Assembly: GCF_018977255.1 (NCBI RefSeq)
Contig: NW_024704746.1
Location: 28,148,001-28,212,000 of the forward strand
DNA length: 64,000 nt
Reading direction: 5' to 3'
Origin: Callorhinchus milii
Lineage: Eukaryota
This document shows, one piece after another, positions 61,885 through 64,000 of the stretch. The notes below the pieces were generated by a model. The model ran no database searches, was not told the origin of the DNA, and worked only from the letters and a program-made list of their open reading frames with translations. Positions within the stretch are counted from its first letter, which is position 1. Each line of letters starts with the position of its first letter. The translations under genes and the position numbers were made by a program.

Positions 61885-63400
61885 GTTAAAGTTGTCTTGC
61901 AGACAACATCATCCATTCTTTTTGGTTACAAGATTACTCTCAATCCAACTGACAATCTTGTAAAGGTTAATTTATCACATTAGTGACGGTCATTTCCTTC
62001 TACATGTTCGATCTAATTGAGCAAATTGCTTTTCTTACAAAATTGTGAGGGTCTTTTTCCACTTCCTCTCAATCACGGTGTGGCAATAACACATTCCCTT
62101 GCCTGACACGTAGAGTTGAGGACCAACATCTTGGAGGCTTCCACTCTGACCGCATATCAGCTCATGAATGCACTGATTTCCCAATAGAAAGTCCACTCTT
62201 AAATACCTGAATGAATCATGATGTCCTTCCCCAGTCAGGCCTTTGAGGTAACTCTTCTCAAACATCAAAGAACTGGAGTCAGCCTGACACCTGACCTACC
62301 GAGGAGCTTTGATGAAATCCGTTCCCTTCACTATGATATCATTGTCTAGAAAGGAAACTCAGATTGCATATTTCTATGTCTCGATCTGCTGATAACTTTT
62401 TGGACATCTCATCAAACAAACTGTGCTAAACGCTTGAAGTATCTTTGCTTATTGACATGAAAGTGGACAATTCAGGGGTTAAAAAAAATTGATACCCAAA
62501 ACCTGTTGATTTTTTTTTTAGGAATTTCCTGCTCCTTTGTACTTATAAATGGTTGAGCTTTCCATCAACAAACATCACATTCTGTGCCACCTTTGACACA
62601 ATGGGCATTACAGCAATTCTCAGAATTTGACATCAGTGCAACAGAATAAGTGGCACAGAGACATCTAGATTAAACCAAAACACTAACTCACTCCAGAGAG
62701 AGAGAGAGAGAGAGAGAGAACCAGCTCAGGATCAAAGAAGTTCACAGAGCTTGAGATGTCTGGTGATAAACCTTCCTTAGATTCTTAGCTCTTTCTGAAC
62801 TATTAAACTTGCACCAGACACAGGTTAATCACTTGTGGACCACCAAGCTGCCAAATGTTTTTTTCTTTCCATGAAGATCTTGAATTGAAAAGCAGAAATG
62901 AGTGTTGTTCCCAATAATTGACAAGACACATGTGAAGAGACATGTTTGACATTATATGCCACAGGTACATTAACATATTGGAAGCTGTTCCTGTTGAGAT
63001 ATCATGGATGGATATGCAACACTAGTTGATAGCAAAAAGTATGTTGGGAAAAGAGAACAATGGTAATAATGGCTTTCAGTTTCCATTTGTTCCACAAGGA
63101 TGTTGGGAAACCCATATAGCGAAGGATACTTCTCAGCAATGACTTGCTAAATGACTTCGGACTCTGCTGACTGAATGATTCCTGTAGTTTCTCTGGCTGG
63201 GGTTTGAAAGATGCTGGTAAACAGAGCGCAGCAGTCACCTTCATTGGCATCAGCAGGATGTAATTTGTGGAAGCATGTATTCCAGATCCCCTTTTATCTC
63301 TTCACACAGGTCATAAAGCATTTGCTTATTAAATCTAAATCTCCGTAAACAGGGCATGTCACTCTAATCTATAAACTAATGTGACCTCTATTAAACTTAA
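61885..63400 (-). pseudogene. Fossil PIF/Harbinger (HARBI1-like, DDE_Tnp_4) transposase
   Basis: Motifs in the expected order across frameshifts and stops: CLRRFRFNKQMLYDLCEEIKGDLE, PMKVTAAL, SIFQTPARETTGIIQS, YMGFP, NVMFVD, HDSF, ICGQSG, TVIER, QFAQLDRT, CCLQDN. Confidence 0.8.
62695..62719. repeat. (AG)n microsatellite
   Basis: About 12 AG units. Confidence 0.95.
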
Positions 63401-64000
63401 CGGATAGCTCAATTTTTACAGCTCATCTGTACCAATAGCACAATGTCTGTTGGTCACTGGAAACTGGACACATTGCCTGACGGTGGTCTAAAACAGTCAG
63501 GATCTGTATTCTTGTTGCTCTCTTCAAAATAACCACAAACAGTACATGAGCAGATCACTGCAGGAATCCATTAACAGCTTGTTTATTTGCACTTGCACAC
63601 AATTTGCTCATACACAAAATATGCAGGATGCACTACATATCAAAGAAACGTCAGCATATTCTAACCCACAGTATGTCTTCATATCTACAAGATGACAGAC
63701 AGAATGGGTCTCTTTTTTGAAAAAAAACTTTTTAACATCTATTTTAACTTTTGTGCAAAAAATGCTTTCCAATATCAGTGGTGCCAAATAGTTGTTCTTG
63801 ATATTTAATTTAATCAAATGCATGACCTTGCATTAAATTCAAAACAGTAAGGGTTTATTCCTAGTACAAAGTCATTTAATTCATAGGTAACTGAGTTTGA
63901 GTATCATTCCAAGATTATAAAATAAATTAAACTTGTTGAAAGAAGAATCACAATTTCTTCAAAGTAAAAATCCTTACAGCACAGTTTTCTCAAACAGCAA

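Noticed and set aside
62035-62268. Tx1/L1 reverse transcriptase fragment (FRYLRV resembling FKYLGV)
   Set aside because: HDSF, VIER and the flanking ordered motifs fit a Harbinger transposase much better.

Overview
AT-rich, repeat-dense vertebrate non-coding DNA (large intron or gene desert). The repeat content points to a cartilaginous fish, probably a chimaera such as elephant shark; this is an inference, not an identification. No intact protein-coding gene, rRNA, true tRNA gene or CRISPR array is supported, and the supplied ORFs are mostly read-through of repeats. The dominant feature is about 40 copies or fragments of a tRNA-Ala-headed SINE with a Deu-like core and an L2-type tail (...GTGAAGCGCTTTGAGACGTC...GCGCTATATCAAATGCAAGG(ATT)n), present as old, long and short layers. 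CR1 and L2 LINE debris, LF-SINE-like and AmnSINE2-like copies, a 31-bp minisatellite and two assembly gaps are also present. The least expected items are a fossil PIF/Harbinger transposase (61885-63400, minus strand, visible only across frameshifts and stops) and several repeat-free blocks with Pbx-Hox/Meis motif grammar (candidate conserved enhancers). Also notable are a perfect 22-bp hairpin, a 29-bp direct repeat and three exon-like segments on the minus strand. Family names come from my recollection of consensus sequences, not from a search, and repeat boundaries are approximate. I cannot support a wholly new biological system from this sequence alone.
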